Source of the DNA: Octopus vulgaris
Taxonomy: Eukaryota
Assembly (NCBI GenBank): GCA_951406725.2
Contig: OX597817.1
Coordinates: 31,744,001-31,808,000 of the forward strand
Length of the DNA: 64,000 nt
Direction of reading: 5' to 3'
How positions within the stretch are numbered: the first letter of the stretch is position 1; each line of letters starts with the position of its first letter. Both the position numbers and the translations under genes were made by a program. The notes beneath the pieces were generated by a model. That model worked only from the letters and a program-made list of their open reading frames with translations. It did not search any database and had not been told where the DNA came from. Positions 1 to 17,874 of the stretch are shown here, one piece after another.

Positions 1-267
1 GGCCGACCAAAGCCTTGTGAGACGATTTGGTAGACAGAAACTGAAAGAAGCCCGTCGTATACATGTATATGTATGTGTGTGAGTATATGTTTGTGTGTCT
101 GTGTTCCCCCCCCCCCCCCAACATCGCTTATCAATACATCCCCGTAACTTAACGATTCGACAACAGCGATCGATAGAATAAGTACTAGGCTTACAAAGAA
201 TAAGTCGACTAAAGGCAGTGCTAAATGGCTGTGGCCATGACTGAAACAATTAAAAGTGAGAAAAAGA

Positions 268-270
<3 letters not shown>
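1..270 (+). mobile_element. tRNA-derived SINE family A (octopus-type), cut by window edge
   Basis: Matches the body and tail of the full copy at 18199 (ggccgaccaaagccttgtgag...gaaactgaaagaagcccgtcg, internal microsatellite, ...catgactgaaac tail). Confidence 0.8.
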
Positions 271-313
<43 letters not shown>

Positions 314-447
314 GTTCAGTCTCACTGCATGGTACCCCGTATATATAAAACCTAGTAACTGGATTTGGTAAACGGAATACTAAATATATACATCCCCCGT
401 ACATATATATATATATATACATATACATACATACATACATACATACA

Positions 448-485
<38 letters not shown>

Positions 486-537
486 CACATATGTATATAT
501 ATATACATACATATATATGTATATATATATTTATGTA

Positions 538-602
<65 letters not shown>

Positions 603-1085
603 GTATGTATGTTTGTATATACACACAAACACAGATACACAGACACACACATACATGTATCTATGTTTGTCGTTCACCACTGCCTCACAACCAGTGCTTT
701 TTTTTATTATTTCTCAGTAACCTACGATTGATGGAGTAAGTACTAGGCTTTAAAAAAAAACGTCCAGGGGTCGATTCATTCGACTGAAAATCCTTCGAAC
801 ACCTCAAGTTCATTATGAAGTTACATAATCATTGTTTATATTTGACCCAGCATATTGAACGGATTATTTACTCCACCTATTATCGAAACAATCGCAACCG
901 TGTAATAAATGCGTTATCAACATATTCCATTCCTTTATTTGTTTTATGTTATACTCTATAAGTGATGAAATTCCGGGAAGTTCAGGTTTAGTGAAACACT
1001 TTGGATTGTTTTCCCTTCTGTAAATCCAGTTAGCTAGGAATTTGTATAAGGTTGTAAAGAACGTCAAGTTGTGCTTATGACATGA

Positions 1086-1410
1086 CTGGTGAGGGCGCGT
1101 GGCTTAGCGGTTAGGGCGTTCGGCTCATGATTGTTGTGAGTTCGATTCCCGGCGAGGCGTTGTGTCCTTGAGCAAGACATTTTATTTCACGTTGCTCCAG
1201 TCTACTCAGCTGGCAAAAATGAGTAGTACCTGTATTTCAAAAAAGGGCCAGCCTTGTCACACTCTGTGTCACGCTGAATCTCTTTGCGAACTGCGTTAAG
1301 GGTACACGTGTCTGCGGAGTGCTCAGCCACTTGCACGTTAATTTCACGAGCAAGCTGTTCCGTTGATCGTATCAGATGGGACCCTCGTCGTCGTAACCGA
1401 CGGAGTGTTC
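1086..1410 (+). mobile_element. tRNA-derived SINE family B (CORE-like central domain) with 12-bp TSD
   Basis: A-box-like tggcttagcgg, B-box-like gttcgattcc, gtgtccttgagcaagac; flanked by direct repeat cttatgacatga at 1074-1085 and 1411-1422. Confidence 0.8.
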
Positions 1411-1574
1411 CTTATGACATGATCACTTTGAGGGTTCTTTTCGATACAGTAAAACAGGCATTACATTTTTTTTACATCCTGGTTTTTTTCTTTTCTCCTT
1501 TTTTTTTTCTTTGCAGATTACTTTATGAGTGAGTGGTTAACCTTGTATTGCTTTTTACCCTTTTAAAATAAGCT

Positions 1575-2345
1575 TGGATGAGACATATACCAGACACTGG
1601 TTGCTCTATGAATTCAAAACGGATTCTTCAGCGGGAAGAAGCAGGAAACAATATTTGTTCTGTCTATGGATATGAAGATTTAAGAGTCTATACATTCCAA
1701 CGATTGTTTGACTAGTTTCACTCAGGAAATTTTTCTCTTACAGATTTCTCTCGATTTGGAAAACCAAAGTTGAGGAAAATCCAGAGCAAACTGCACGAAT
1801 TAGCGAATCAGTTCAATTCAAGACACACTTCGATCATAAAATACCGCCATGAACTGGAAGAAGTGTCTAAATATAGTCGTTGAATGTCTCATCATCTAAC
1901 TGATACCCGGCTTAATCAAAGAGTTACCCTCTGTTCTGTATTGAAGGGTAGACTTGCTACCAAAACTTTCTTGGTTAGGATCATCACAAATGATAAAAAG
2001 TGGGTTCTCTCTAATCATATCCAAAAGAAACAACAATGGTTACCTCCACCCAATGAAAAAGGAGAGTCCATCCCCAAAACCAGGACCACATTCGAAAATA
2101 GATATGTTCCGTATATGCTGAGATATAAAAGGTGTCATTTATCAAGAAGTGTTAAACCAAAACAAGACCGTTAATGCAAAGAAATATTGTCGTCAGCACA
2201 AAAATTTCAGAAATAGCATCCGTCATTGGTCAGTCGTAAAGGGTTGTCACTCTTACGTGATAATGCAAGAGCACGTATTGCATAGGTCACTCTGGTAAAG
2301 ATTATGGCATTAATACAGTAGTTTTGGCCTCATCCTCATTACTCA
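1575..2345 (+). pseudogene. Mariner (DD34D) transposase relic, N-terminal to PHPxYS part
   Basis: Degraded motifs SHHL (WVPHEL-like), RIITNDKKWV (IVTGDEKW), RDNARA (HDNARP), PHPHYS; frameshifts and stops. Confidence 0.8.
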
Positions 2346-2385
2346 CTGAGATACCCGGCGTTGTTCGGGATTAAAATGGCATAGT
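2342..2385 (-). mobile_element. Helitron-type 3' terminus (GC hairpin near degenerate CTAG)
   Basis: gagatacccggcgttgttcggg; the reverse complement gives a cccg..ccggg hairpin; same terminus at 3451 and 56013. Confidence 0.55.
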
Positions 2386-2457
2386 CTTTTATTATTGTTT
2401 TTACATGTTTCAGTGATTTGACTGTAGCCATGCAGGAGCACCGCCTTTAGTCGAACA

Positions 2458-3142
<685 letters not shown>

Positions 3143-3448
3143 CTGAAAAACAGGAACTATTACAGAGGGTGAAAGAGAATATATGGAAGCAAGAGAAACA
3201 GAGAACGAGAAAAAGAAGAGAATCGGTTGAGAACTACAGTTTTTAGAGAAAAAAAACCTGTGTAAAACACCTTTTTCCCGATTTCTCGCTATACGCGGGA
3301 GCTCTGGGCAAAAAATTATAGTGAATGACCATCCTTGGTATATAAGTAATATGTGTGTAAAGTTTGGAGAAAGTCGGTTGAAAACTGTAGAAATGTATGC
3401 ATATTACACACACAGACACACATAGAGACATCCTTTGTTTTATATATA

Positions 3449-4897
<1,449 letters not shown>

Positions 4898-5180
4898 CAC
4901 ACACACATACAAAGATAAATTGATAGATACAACTGATTGGGCAAACAAAAATATGAGATACAACCTAGTGCTTTTTATGTTGATAAGCCTGGTACTTATT
5001 CTATTAGTTTGTTCTTGTGAAACCAGTAAATTAAGTGGATGTAAATAAATGAACAGCATTAGTAAAGTAGTGATGAGGGCGAAACACAGAGACAAAGACA
5101 CACACATACACTTACATATATACATACATATATATGCGATTGATTTGTTTCAGTTCCTGTCTACGAAATCTATATATATT

Positions 5181-7858
5181 GTTGTTGGCATCCTTTTTGT
5201 CTCGGGAAACAATGGAGTTGCGCATAAAATAATCTAGTCCGGCTTTTACATTTCATGTCCTAATACATCTCCTGCTGTGGCTGTGTAGTCCTATCCTGGA
5301 AAATACTCCCTCTGGCAGGTGCCGCAAATGTAGCGAAGACTTTGCCTGGCTGGTTGTAATGTCATAATTTCTTGACGTCTTTTCTTGTCTTTCCATTTCT
5401 CCTCTCTCTCTATGTCACTCTTTGTGTTCCTTCTTTTACGGTACGTCGCCAATCTCCACGGCTGCTGGCAACTGCTTCCCAGTTGGTAATATTGATGTTG
5501 CAGGCATTCATATCCCTTTCGCAAACAACCTTGTATCGTAAGAACGGTCTTCCCCCAGACCTAGTGCCCCTAGCAAGCTCTCCGTAGAGTATGTCCTTGG
5601 GGATTCTGCCATCTTCCATACGGCTAACATGTCCAAGCCATCTCATACGTCTTTGTGTGAGGAGTGCAAACATGCTTGGTATTCCTGCTTACTTGAAGAC
5701 ATCTTTGTTGGGGACATGATTCTGCCATTTGATGCGAAGGATTTTCCGGAGGCAGCGCAGGTGAAATATATTTAGGCGATGCTCTTGGCGTGTGTATAGC
5801 GTCCAGGTCTCACTTCCATACAGTAGAGTGCTGAGTACACATGCCTGGTAATTCTTCATTTTTGTGGTCTTGGTTAGCTTAGTGTTGTCCCATGCCCGTT
5901 TGGATAGTTGGACCATCACAGCAGCTGCCTTGCCAATGCGTATATTGAGCTCAGCATCAAGGGATAGGTTGTAGGTGACGGTAGAGCTAAGATAGGTAAA
6001 CTTCTCCACTTCCTGTAGTCTGTGGTCTCCAATATGTATGTTTGTGATGTCCGATGTAGCCTGACCCATGATGTTGGTCTTCTTGAGGCTGATAACTAAG
6101 CCAAAGTCGCTACATGCTTGCTCAAAACAGTTGATGAGCCCTTGTAAGGCTTCTTCTGTGTGTGTTACCAGAGCGGCATCATCAGCAAATAACATCTCCT
6201 TGATCAGGACGCTTCTGATTTTGGTCTTGACACGCAGACGCGAGAGATTGAACAGTTTCCCGTCACTTCTACTGTGCAGAAACACTCCATCATCTGATGT
6301 CTGAAAGGCATGTGATAGCAGCAGCGAGAAGAAGATGCCACATAATGTAGGAACGAGGGCACAACCTTGATTTACCCCTTTTTTTATTTGGAAGGCGGCT
6401 GATATTGAGCCATTGTGCTGTATGGTGCCTTGCATATCATCACGGAAAGATTTGATGATCCTCAGCAGCTTTGGTGGACTTCCGATATTTTGGAGCAGGA
6501 TGAAGAGGCCTTTTCTACTTACCAAGTCAAAGGCCTTTGTCAGATCAATGAAGGCCATATATAACGGCATTTTCTGCTCTCTGGACTTCTCCTGAAGTTG
6601 GCGTATGGAGAATATCATGTCAATAGTTAATCTGCTTCTTCTAAAGCCACACTGCGATTCTGGATAAATTCGAGAAGCAGGCAGTTGTAGCCTGGACAGG
6701 ATAACGCGTGCAAAAGCCTTTCCAACAGTGCTTAGAAGAGATATTCCACGGTAATTGTTACTATCACCACGTTCACCTTTGTTTTTGTAAAGCGTAATGA
6801 TGTTAGCATCCCACATATCCTGAGGGACTGTACCCTCTCCCCAGCACTGACACAGAAGCTCATGAAGGTGCCGAAGCAGGATAGTGTTTTTGCCGGTTTT
6901 GATGGTCTCTAACGGGATGACGTCTTTTCCCGGAGCCTTGTTACTTGCTAGAGAGTCAATAGCCTTGGTGAGCTCTGCTATAGATGGCAGACTGTCAAAT
7001 TCACACATAACATGCAAGATCTTGACACCCTCGATTGCAGCCTCCGCTACCGTGGTCTCCCGTGAGTAGAGATCCTGATAGTACTCCACCCATATATCCA
7101 TTTGCTTGCTTTGGTCCTTGATGAGATCTCCAGTAGTTGATTTCAGAGGGGCTGACTTGGTTGCGGATGGACCGAGGGCCTTCTTCAAACCGGCATACAT
7201 CCCATGGGTGTCGCCACTGTCAGCAGCTGACTGGATACTCTGATAGAGTTCCTGCCAATACCAATTTGCACAGCGTCTGGCAATCACTTGGGTTTTATTT
7301 CTTGCCTTTCTGAGTTCTTCGAGTGACTTCGTAGAAGAATCACTCTTGTATTGCATCAGAGCTGCACGCTTTGCTTCGATAACTGTTTCCAGCTCTGAAA
7401 GCCCAGCACTGAACCAATCTGGGTTTTGCCTTTCTCTCATGCCGAAAGTATCTATTGATGTGGTATACAAAGCTTCCCTGATATAATTCCAACAACTTTC
7501 AGCAGATGAGGTTGGGCAGCTACTGAGGGCAACCTTGATAGAAACAGCAAAATATTTTCGCAGTGTAGGGTCCGAGGTTCTGGCAGTGTTAATGCGTGGT
7601 CGGCCTATTTTCTTGGAGTGATGGACTTTCTTAGGCAGAATCCTCACCCTGCTTCTTATTAGTGAATGATGTATGTCACAATCCGCACTGTGGTAACTAC
7701 AGGTCAGTTGAACAGAATTTAAAAAGGATCTTCGTGTAATGATGAGATCCAGGTGATGCCAGTGGTGGGATCATTGATGTCTCCAAGACGCCTTGTGGGA
7801 TGTCTTGTTGGCAAAGAATGTGTTGGTGATGCACGGGTTATAGTATGTGCAAAATTCA
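5181..7858 (-). mobile_element. RTE-clade LINE, 5'-truncated within the APE domain
   Basis: Contains the 652-aa RT ORF, a frameshifted C-terminus (5410-5688, RRMRWLGHVSRM), an APE C-terminal relic (HSADCDIHHSL about 7660-7700) and a 3' UTR ending in a short (CAA) repeat at (TA)n. Confidence 0.9.
5689..7647 (-). pseudogene. RTE LINE reverse transcriptase ORF (disrupted at both ends)
   Basis: KAPGKD, NYRGISLL, PESQCGFR, FIDLTKAFD, GVNQG, LFADD, LLYGSETW motifs. Confidence 0.92.
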
Positions 7859-7860
7859 AG

Positions 7861-7889
<29 letters not shown>

Positions 7890-7892
<3 letters not shown>

Positions 7893-8000
7893 TTGGCATC
7901 CTTTTTGTCTCGGGAGACAATGGAGTTGCGCATAAAGTAGTCTAGTCCGGCTTTTACATTTCATGTACTGATATATTTCCTGCTGTGGGTGTGGCTGTGT
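7890..8000 (-). mobile_element. Second copy of the RTE 3' end (about 110 bp)
   Basis: Close match to 5181-5287 (ttggcatcctttttgtctcggg...cctgctgtgg). Confidence 0.8.
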
Positions 8001-8107
8001 GTGTATATATATTGGCTAAACTGGCAATATGACCATTCCGAAATATAACAATATCTGTTTCAACACACGACTTCACATAAAGAATCTTGCACAACAAATA
8101 TTTAAAC

Positions 8108-10356
<2,249 letters not shown>

Positions 10357-10981
10357 AGTCTAAGATAATTAACACCTTGATGTCCTAAGAAAAGAAAAAA
10401 ATTTTTGAAAAAAATTTGGAAAAAAATTTTGAATTAAATTTGAAAGGGGAAATTACTCCCCTTTTAGCGTATGATCTGCTACTTATTTAGAAACAATATC
10501 AGGGATTATACTCCCCTTGTCGGCAAGTCATCTCTCTATAAACTGGTCACAGACGAACACACAGACACAGGTTTTTATCAGCTGCTTGACCAACAATAGC
10601 TGCAATATATTTCTCCCTAGCTGCTTCCTAAACATACTGCCACACACACATAGGCGCACACACACATAGGCGCACACACACATACATGTAGGTAGTTTCT
10701 CACACCCAAATACGATAGCTTTCATTCTTAAAACAATTCGAATATTAACACTAGTTATACAGAATATATTCACACTCTTTGGTTTTCTGTAATTCTTCCC
10801 CTACCCAATGTTAACCGGAATTTGACCTCGAATTATCTCAACGGACTTTTTCGTCGGCCTTCACCCACCCTGACGTCAACGCATATTGAGAGACAGTTTT
10901 GTGCCATTCATACCATGGGCTCCTAGAGAGCGTTTGTTCGAAAAATTTTCTGCGCATTTGTTTGGAGATTTAAGTTCCTGG

Positions 10982-11067
10982 ATTTTCCTGAAGAGAAAGC
11001 TGCAAAATGGTCTCCTTATTCAATCTGAATTAGGGAATTTGCAGCCTTTGAAACATATGTAGAAAAT
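10982..11067 (+). ncRNA. Type I hammerhead ribozyme in PLE 3' region
   Basis: Stem I attttc/gaaaat; core CUGAAGA (10988); long stem II gctgcaaa..tttgcagc with inner hairpin; GAAA (11050); palindromic stem III ACAUAUGU; GUA site at 11061. Confidence 0.8.
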
Positions 11068-11273
11068 AATAAAAAGGAATTTTGTAAAATCTTCGTTCAG
11101 CTCAATTTCTTCCCTCACTAAATATATAAAACTTCAATTATCCGCACTAAGGCACGGTTGCGATACCCCATGGTCGTAACCTCAACCGTGATTTTTCTGT
11201 TGTGATTTTTGCTACCCAGGTATCGGTTATAATTTGAATAATCCGTAACAAGATAATTCATTTATCCATTTCA

Positions 11274-11390
<117 letters not shown>

Positions 11391-11404
11391 GTATATGTAT
11401 ATGC

Positions 11405-11444
<40 letters not shown>

Positions 11445-11452
11445 ACACACGG

Positions 11453-11750
11453 GGAGGTGCAATGGCCCAGTGGTTAGGGCAGATGACTCGCGGTCGTAGG
11501 ATCGCGGTTTCGATTCCCAGACCGGGCGTTGTGAGTGTTTATTGAGCGAAGATATCTAAAGTTCCACGTGGCTCCGGCAGGGGGTGGTGGCGATCCCTGC
11601 TGTACTCTTTTGCCGCAACTTTCTCTCACTCTTTCTTCTGTTGGCCTGCTCGCTTAGCCAGCGGAATGCCGTCATTTGAAGGCTAAAACAATGTGAAACG
11701 CATTTTGACCAGCGATGTGCAGCAACATCTGATAGCCTGGTCGGTCACGA
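11453..11750 (+). mobile_element. tRNA-derived SINE family C (same head as 14592, different tail, (TGA)n end)
   Basis: ggaggtgcaatggcccagtggttagggc...gtttcgattcccagaccggg head. Confidence 0.75.
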
Positions 11751-11859
11751 TGATGATGATGATATGTACACACACACACACACACACACACACAAAGATA
11801 AATTGATAGATACAACTGAGTGGGCAAACAAAAATATGAGACACTGTGTAGTGCTTTTT

Positions 11860-12180
11860 TTATATTTTGATAAGCCTTCTACTTATTCTATCAGTTTCTT
11901 CTTTTGAAACCAGTAAGTTATAGGGATGTAAATAAACGAACACCAGTTGTGAAGCAGTGATGAGGGAGAAACACAAAGACACACACATAGACTTACATAT
12001 ATACATACATATACATACAATTGATTTCTTTCAGTTTCTGTCTACAAAATCCACTGACAAGGCTTTGGTTGGTCTGAAGCTTTAGCAGAAGACACATACC
12101 AAGTTACCACACAGTGGGCTGAACTGAGGACCATGTGTTTTGGAACCAAGTTTGTTACCACACAGCCAAACCTGCACCTA
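11860..12180 (-). mobile_element. Degenerate SINE family A, part of a local duplication with 4905-5170
   Basis: Reverse-complement similarity to family A; shared flank aaagataaattgatagatacaactga..gggcaaacaaaaatatgaga. Confidence 0.65.
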
Positions 12181-12358
12181 TGTATGTGTGAGTGTGTGTG
12201 TGGATGGATGGATGGGTGGATCTGTGTGTGTGTGTGTGTATGGGTGTATATATGTATGCATGTATATATGTGTATATATATGTGTATATATTACATGTAC
12301 ATCTATATATATATATACATCAAGACATACATGTCTACATATAGATCTATATATTCAC

Positions 12359-12394
<36 letters not shown>

Positions 12395-12959
12395 CCATAT
12401 ACAAACAATAGAGAGATGTTTTTATTTCACTTTTAACACGTAATACTGAAATAGTGGAGAAGATATGATATTGTTCTGGACCCGCCCTAGGCAAGAAGTT
12501 AAACATTTCTTTTGTCCATGACATTACACGGACCCTAAGTAAGGCATGTGTTATATTTGAATGAAATTGGTTGTGTAGTTCTCATGTTTTAGGATTTCAC
12601 ACACCCAGACAGACGCACATTTCATGCTAAGTCACCACACAGTGGGATTGAACCCAGGTCCCTGTGTTTTTTTTAACGAAATTTGTTACTACACAGCCAC
12701 ACCTGCACCTATGTATGTGTGTGTATGTGTATATGGGTGTATATATGTATGTATCTATGTGAATATATGTGTACATATTACATGTACATCTATATATATA
12801 TATATTTATACTTCTACACATATACATGTATACATATACATCTGTATGTATAGAAATAAATGTATACATATACAGGTATACACACACACACACACACACA
12901 TACATAGGTGCAGGTGTGGTAACAAACTTTGTGCCAAAACACATGGTCCTGTGTTTAAA

Positions 12960-13386
12960 TTCAAATTTAAAATAATAAGGGTGAGAAATTGAATATTAAT
13001 TTGATTAATATGAATTGAAAAACAGTGATGTAGCATATAAGACCATAACGGATCTTCTTCTAGCAAAATGGATGTCCACTGTTAATGGTTCATGCCTCTT
13101 ATATAATTGTTTGACTTTAATAGTTTCAGTATTAAAGTGAAAGTATCTGACATTACAATAGATAGATGTTTTTGTTTCACTTTTAACACGTAATACTGAA
13201 ATAGTCGAGAAGATATGATATTGCTGTGGACTCGCCCTAGGCAGGAAGTCAGACATTTTTTGCCCATGACACTCCCTGGACCCTAAGTAAGGCATGTGTA
13301 AAATTTGAATGAAATTGGTTGTGTAGTTTTCAAGTTTTAGGGATTCACACAGACAGACACACATTCTCAGTTTTATATATATAGAT
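12960..13386 (-). mobile_element. Non-autonomous Helitron 5' part; partial second copy at 12405-12622
   Basis: Minus strand starts atctatatatataaaactgagaatgtgtgtctgtctgtgtg (TC start, TA-rich, GTCT repeat); 13155-13365 closely matches 12405-12622. Confidence 0.6.
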
Positions 13387-13392
13387 ACATAA

Positions 13393-13675
13393 ATTACTTA
13401 CCTGATTTTTTTTTCATCTATCATCTTTTCAGGTTATTGCAAGAATTTTTAAAGGGAAAATAGTTTATTAATGATGAAGAGGTTAAAAATGATATTCAGT
13501 GTTTCTTTGCTTTGAAACAGTAAGAATTTCACGCCCGAGAGATCAACAATTTGCCAAACATTGATTATTTTATCAATAATGAAAGGAAATATTATCTTGA
13601 TTATATATATATATATATATATAATACGTAACTTGCCCATCTTGAAATGCAATAGGACTTTCTTTCCAACGTAAT
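13393..13675 (+). pseudogene. Mariner transposase C-terminal relic with right TIR
   Basis: YxPD..YHLFR..GK.F.NDEEVKNDIQCFF..EFHAREINNLP-like peptide, then TIR-like gcaataggactttctttccaacgtaat. Confidence 0.7.
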
Positions 13676-13693
13676 TGACACACATACACACAC

Positions 13694-13790
<97 letters not shown>

Positions 13791-14075
13791 TGTTTCTTTA
13801 TTAACCACATAGGGCTGAACACAAAGTGGACAAATTACAAAGTAGAGCTTTTCTTTTTGTGGAAAGAAAAAAATGAAAAAAAGAAAAAATATAAAGGGGT
13901 AGGTTTTTGATCAAAAGGGATCGTAATAAGAGAGAGAAAAAAACGATCAATAGGGATTGTGTATCACAGAAATGTCATGATGTAAAGGGGGAAGCAGATA
14001 AGGTTTATCCGTTGAAAGAAAAGCCTACAGAAAAGACCACGGTAACCTCGGTCAATATTGTCACATGTTTACACA
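13791..14075 (-). mobile_element. Probable LINE 3' UTR fragment whose tail resembles the family D SINE tail
   Basis: tttctttattaaccacatagggctgaacac..ggacaaa vs tttctttattgcccacaaggggctaaaca..gacaaa at 34535. Confidence 0.45.
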
Positions 14076-14491
14076 TTTATTTGCAGATAGATAAGTTTCC
14101 AGCAAAATCTTACAATTATCAATAATTATCAAAATAATGTTACTCAGTTAATCCTTTATTTACCACATAAATTTCTTTATGTTTAGTTATAACTGCCTTT
14201 ATCCGAATATACTTTGCTGCATGTATTCGGCCCGATTTCTCAGATCTGACGATTATTTCGTCCTATTCGTTACGGAGGTTCTAAGAAGTTGCATGGACGC
14301 TGTATTTCCTCTCAGGACTATCCTGCTATGAACATCTATAAAACAAACTACAAAGATGACTTTCTATGTCTTATCTGTAAAACAGCCGTGAAACATTGTT
14401 TTATTTCTATCTTTGTTTAGTATGTCGTAAGCAGTGACGTCGTCATTAATTGCTCTTATTGACGTTTTTACTTTTGATGATGTCATAATAG

Positions 14492-14544
<53 letters not shown>

Positions 14545-14591
14545 CTGTTCTTCCTCTTCCTAGATTCTGGAGATTAGTTATGTTACAGGAG

Positions 14592-14976
14592 TGGAGGCGC
14601 AATGGCCCAGTGGTTAGGGCAGCGGACTCGGGGTCGTAGGATCGCGGTTTCGATTCCCAGACCGGGCGTTGTGAGTGTTTATTGAGCGAAAACACCTAAA
14701 AGCTCCACGAGGGTCCGGCAGGGGATGGTGGTGATCCCTGCTGTACTCTTTCACCACAACTTTCTCTCACTCTTACTTCCTGTTTCTGTTGTACCTGTAT
14801 TTCAAAGGGCCGGCCTTGTCACTCTCTGTGTCACGCTGAATATCCCCAAGAACTACGTTAAGGGTACACGTGTCTATGGTGTGCTCAGCCACTTACACGT
14901 TAATTTCACGAGCAGGCTGTTCCGTTGATCGGATCAACCGGAACCCTCGTCGTCGTAATCGACGGAGTGCTTCCAC
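14592..14976 (+). mobile_element. Full-length tRNA-derived SINE (family C head, family B tail) with 11-bp TSD
   Basis: A/B boxes; tail shared with 1230-1410; tatgttacagg at 14579-14589 and 14977-14987. Confidence 0.85.
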
Positions 14977-15618
14977 TATGTTACAGGGTAACTACGGTAG
15001 GATGAGACATAACTGAACGAACCACTTGCTCATACATTTCCACCGACAGTCGTTCTACCATTATCGTGAGTGTGTGTATCTGTATCCGTGTGTGTGTCAG
15101 TGTCTCTATGTGTGCATATGCATACATGTATGTGTATGCTTACATGTTTGTATTTGTGTTTACACTTATATGTGGTAAAATCCGAACTCCAAGTAAACCA
15201 GTTCCGATTTTAATAAAGGGATGTGAATTGCTTGAGCAAGTTTTTGATTGTCATATTGAGTAAGCAAAGCAATGAGAAGTTCATTCAGTGGCTCCTGATT
15301 TTATTTTGTAGAAAATGCTGTCTCTTTTCCTTTCTTTCAGTCGCTGTTGCTTCTGTTACATTTGTTTTAACAAACGGCGGTTTCCTTTGACACACTAATG
15401 ACGTGCATTTTGCTGCAGCTTTGAGATATCACATCCTGTCAGTGGTCCTTAGGGATCGCACTAATGCTTCAGTCCCCGCCCTTTCCTTTCTACTCAAGGG
15501 AGTAATAATAATAGAATAAAACAAACAGAAAAAATACCCTTATTTCCTTTTCTCATCAATTTCTTTGTCTTTACATACATACATACACATATGTTGCATA
15601 CCCTCCAATAAAAATGTG

Positions 15619-15708
<90 letters not shown>

Positions 15709-15929
15709 TACATATATCCTTAAATCCTTAAATCCTTAAAAATGTTTTAGCCCGAAGGCTGCAGCCATGCTGGGGCACCACCGCTGATATACATATATAT
15801 ATATATACATATATACATATATATTTATATATATATACATATATATATGCATTTATTCATACACACATGCATTCATACACATATCATTCACTCACATACA
15901 TGCAGTAAGTATATATATATATGTATAAG

Positions 15930-16214
15930 TATAGTAGAAATATGTTACGAAAAGAAAATATAAAATACACGTGGAAATGTAAGGGTAAAATATGAATAAT
16001 CAACGAAAATGCACCTTGCAAATAGAAAAAGGCTATTTATGACAGGTAACAACAAATATATACATTTAGATTGACTGAGGTAGTAATATGAGTCATAAAA
16101 GTCATTATTATGAGATGATTATAAGATGATAATAAAGTAAGAGAACAAAACGAACCATGGTTTACGCAAAGTTATTCATCGTTTGAACAACACCGGTTAA
16201 TACACCAGTATTAA

Positions 16215-16215
<1 letters not shown>
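15930..16215 (-). mobile_element. (TA)n-inserted interspersed repeat; second copy 54049-54300 (+), fragment 46876-46915
   Basis: Reverse-complement match between the copies with a common end abutting (TA)n; strand inferred from the shared end. Confidence 0.7.
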
Positions 16216-16261
<46 letters not shown>

Positions 16262-16860
16262 TTATGTACTGGTGTGTAGGTGGATGCGATAGGCACCAAT
16301 TAAGTCTTTTTCACTTTTTTCTACGACAGTGTCACCTCCTAGGTTTATATATTGATAATTGTTGCTATCGCCATTGTTATTGATAAACAAAGAACGCTGT
16401 AAGTTAGGAAAAGAGAGCGTGAGAAAGGTCAGAAGCTTAAGGAGACAGTCTCCAATGATTGCTGCTGTTGTTCGCTCAAGCATGTCATAATAATGGTTCC
16501 TGATTTAGGCACAAGGCCAGCAATTTGGAGGTTAGGAAAGTACCATCAATTCCCAGGGTTTGACTTCACTTTATCGACCTCGAAAGGCAAAGTTAACCTC
16601 GACCGGATATGAACTCAGGATGTAAGCAGCGGGGACAAATCTATGGTGCGCTAACGTTTCAGGTAATCCAACGGCCAAAGCCATGTCATAATAGAAATTT
16701 CAATGTAATACTTCAAGTAATTTTTGCAATAAGAACATTTTCATCAACTTTTAAAAATTATATTGCAGTTATTAATAAAATTATTGTGTTGGAGAAATTC
16801 ATTAAATAAATATGTAGTATATACAAGTGGAGAAAGCTTTCGTCACTAGCTTGTGGTTGT

Positions 16861-16904
16861 CTCACACTGAGGACGGATAACATTCAGAAACCTAGGTCTG
16901 TGAG
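16861..16904 (+). ncRNA. Type I hammerhead ribozyme motif
   Basis: Stem I ctcaca/tgtgag; CUGAGGA; stem II ggat-aac-attc; GAAA; palindromic stem III ACCUAGGU; GUC site at 16898. Confidence 0.72.
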
Positions 16905-17574
16905 TATCACGTAAGGCTAGGGATGGGAGCGATGACCTCCCTTGTAAGTGCTATACGGACTCAAACTGTGTGTCGATAGCCTGCTGGAAAAGATGTTTTC
17001 CTGGGGCCAAAACAACAGTAACATCGTCATTTATAGGATTGCCACATTATGTTGGCATTAAACATTACTAGAATTAAAATAGTTTTCAGTTTAATTATTC
17101 AAAATTTATCTTTCTTCATTTCCTCATTTCTCCTCCTTTTTTCTTCTGAAGGCTCGTGACCGACACAGTCTCTTCAAAGCTAATAAGATCTAAAATTGCA
17201 GCTCCTTACAGGAATTCTAATTTTTTGTCAGTTGCTTGGCGAAATCTAACAGGATACCGTCAGCAATCGATACATAGATCTTAGTACGTTTTCAATGATA
17301 TTTTATTGATATATATTATATCTTGATGGATGAAAGGCAAAGATGACCCAAATTGCATTTGAACTCAAAACGTACCTGATGTTCAAACCAATTTGTCAAA
17401 CTACGACCATTATTCTTAACGGTGTTATAAGTTATTCAGACTTCCATTCGCCAAGACATCCGTTTCTTTTGTGACGTCATAGCTGTACAATTATTGCACA
17501 CACATACACGTGCACACATATGCAAATGTGCGCACACACGATAAAAAAAAAGTTAAAGCTCCTTTCCGAGTAAT

Positions 17575-17800
17575 ATAGACCCATAGGATCAGTTTCTCGG
17601 ATTCTCTGACGTGTATTTATATTAACCACTGGACGGGGCACCGATACGTCGCAGGGATAATCACTTTTGCTTGCTGAATGGACTGAAGCAACACGAACTG
17701 TTGTGTCTTGCTCAAGAACACAACGCATCAACCGGTCCAGGAATCGAAATCACAATCATACGTTCTCGAGTCCAATACCCTAACTACTAACCCACGCGCA
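17575..17800 (-). mobile_element. SINE family B-like copy
   Basis: Reverse complement of tgcgcgtgggttagtagttaggg..gatttcgattcctggaccgg..gttcttgagcaagacac. Confidence 0.65.
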
Positions 17801-17808
17801 ACTACACA

Positions 17809-17874
<66 letters not shown>

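Noticed and set aside
14592-14665. tRNA genes at SINE heads
   Set aside because: A/B boxes continue into SINE bodies with TSDs; no complete cloverleaf
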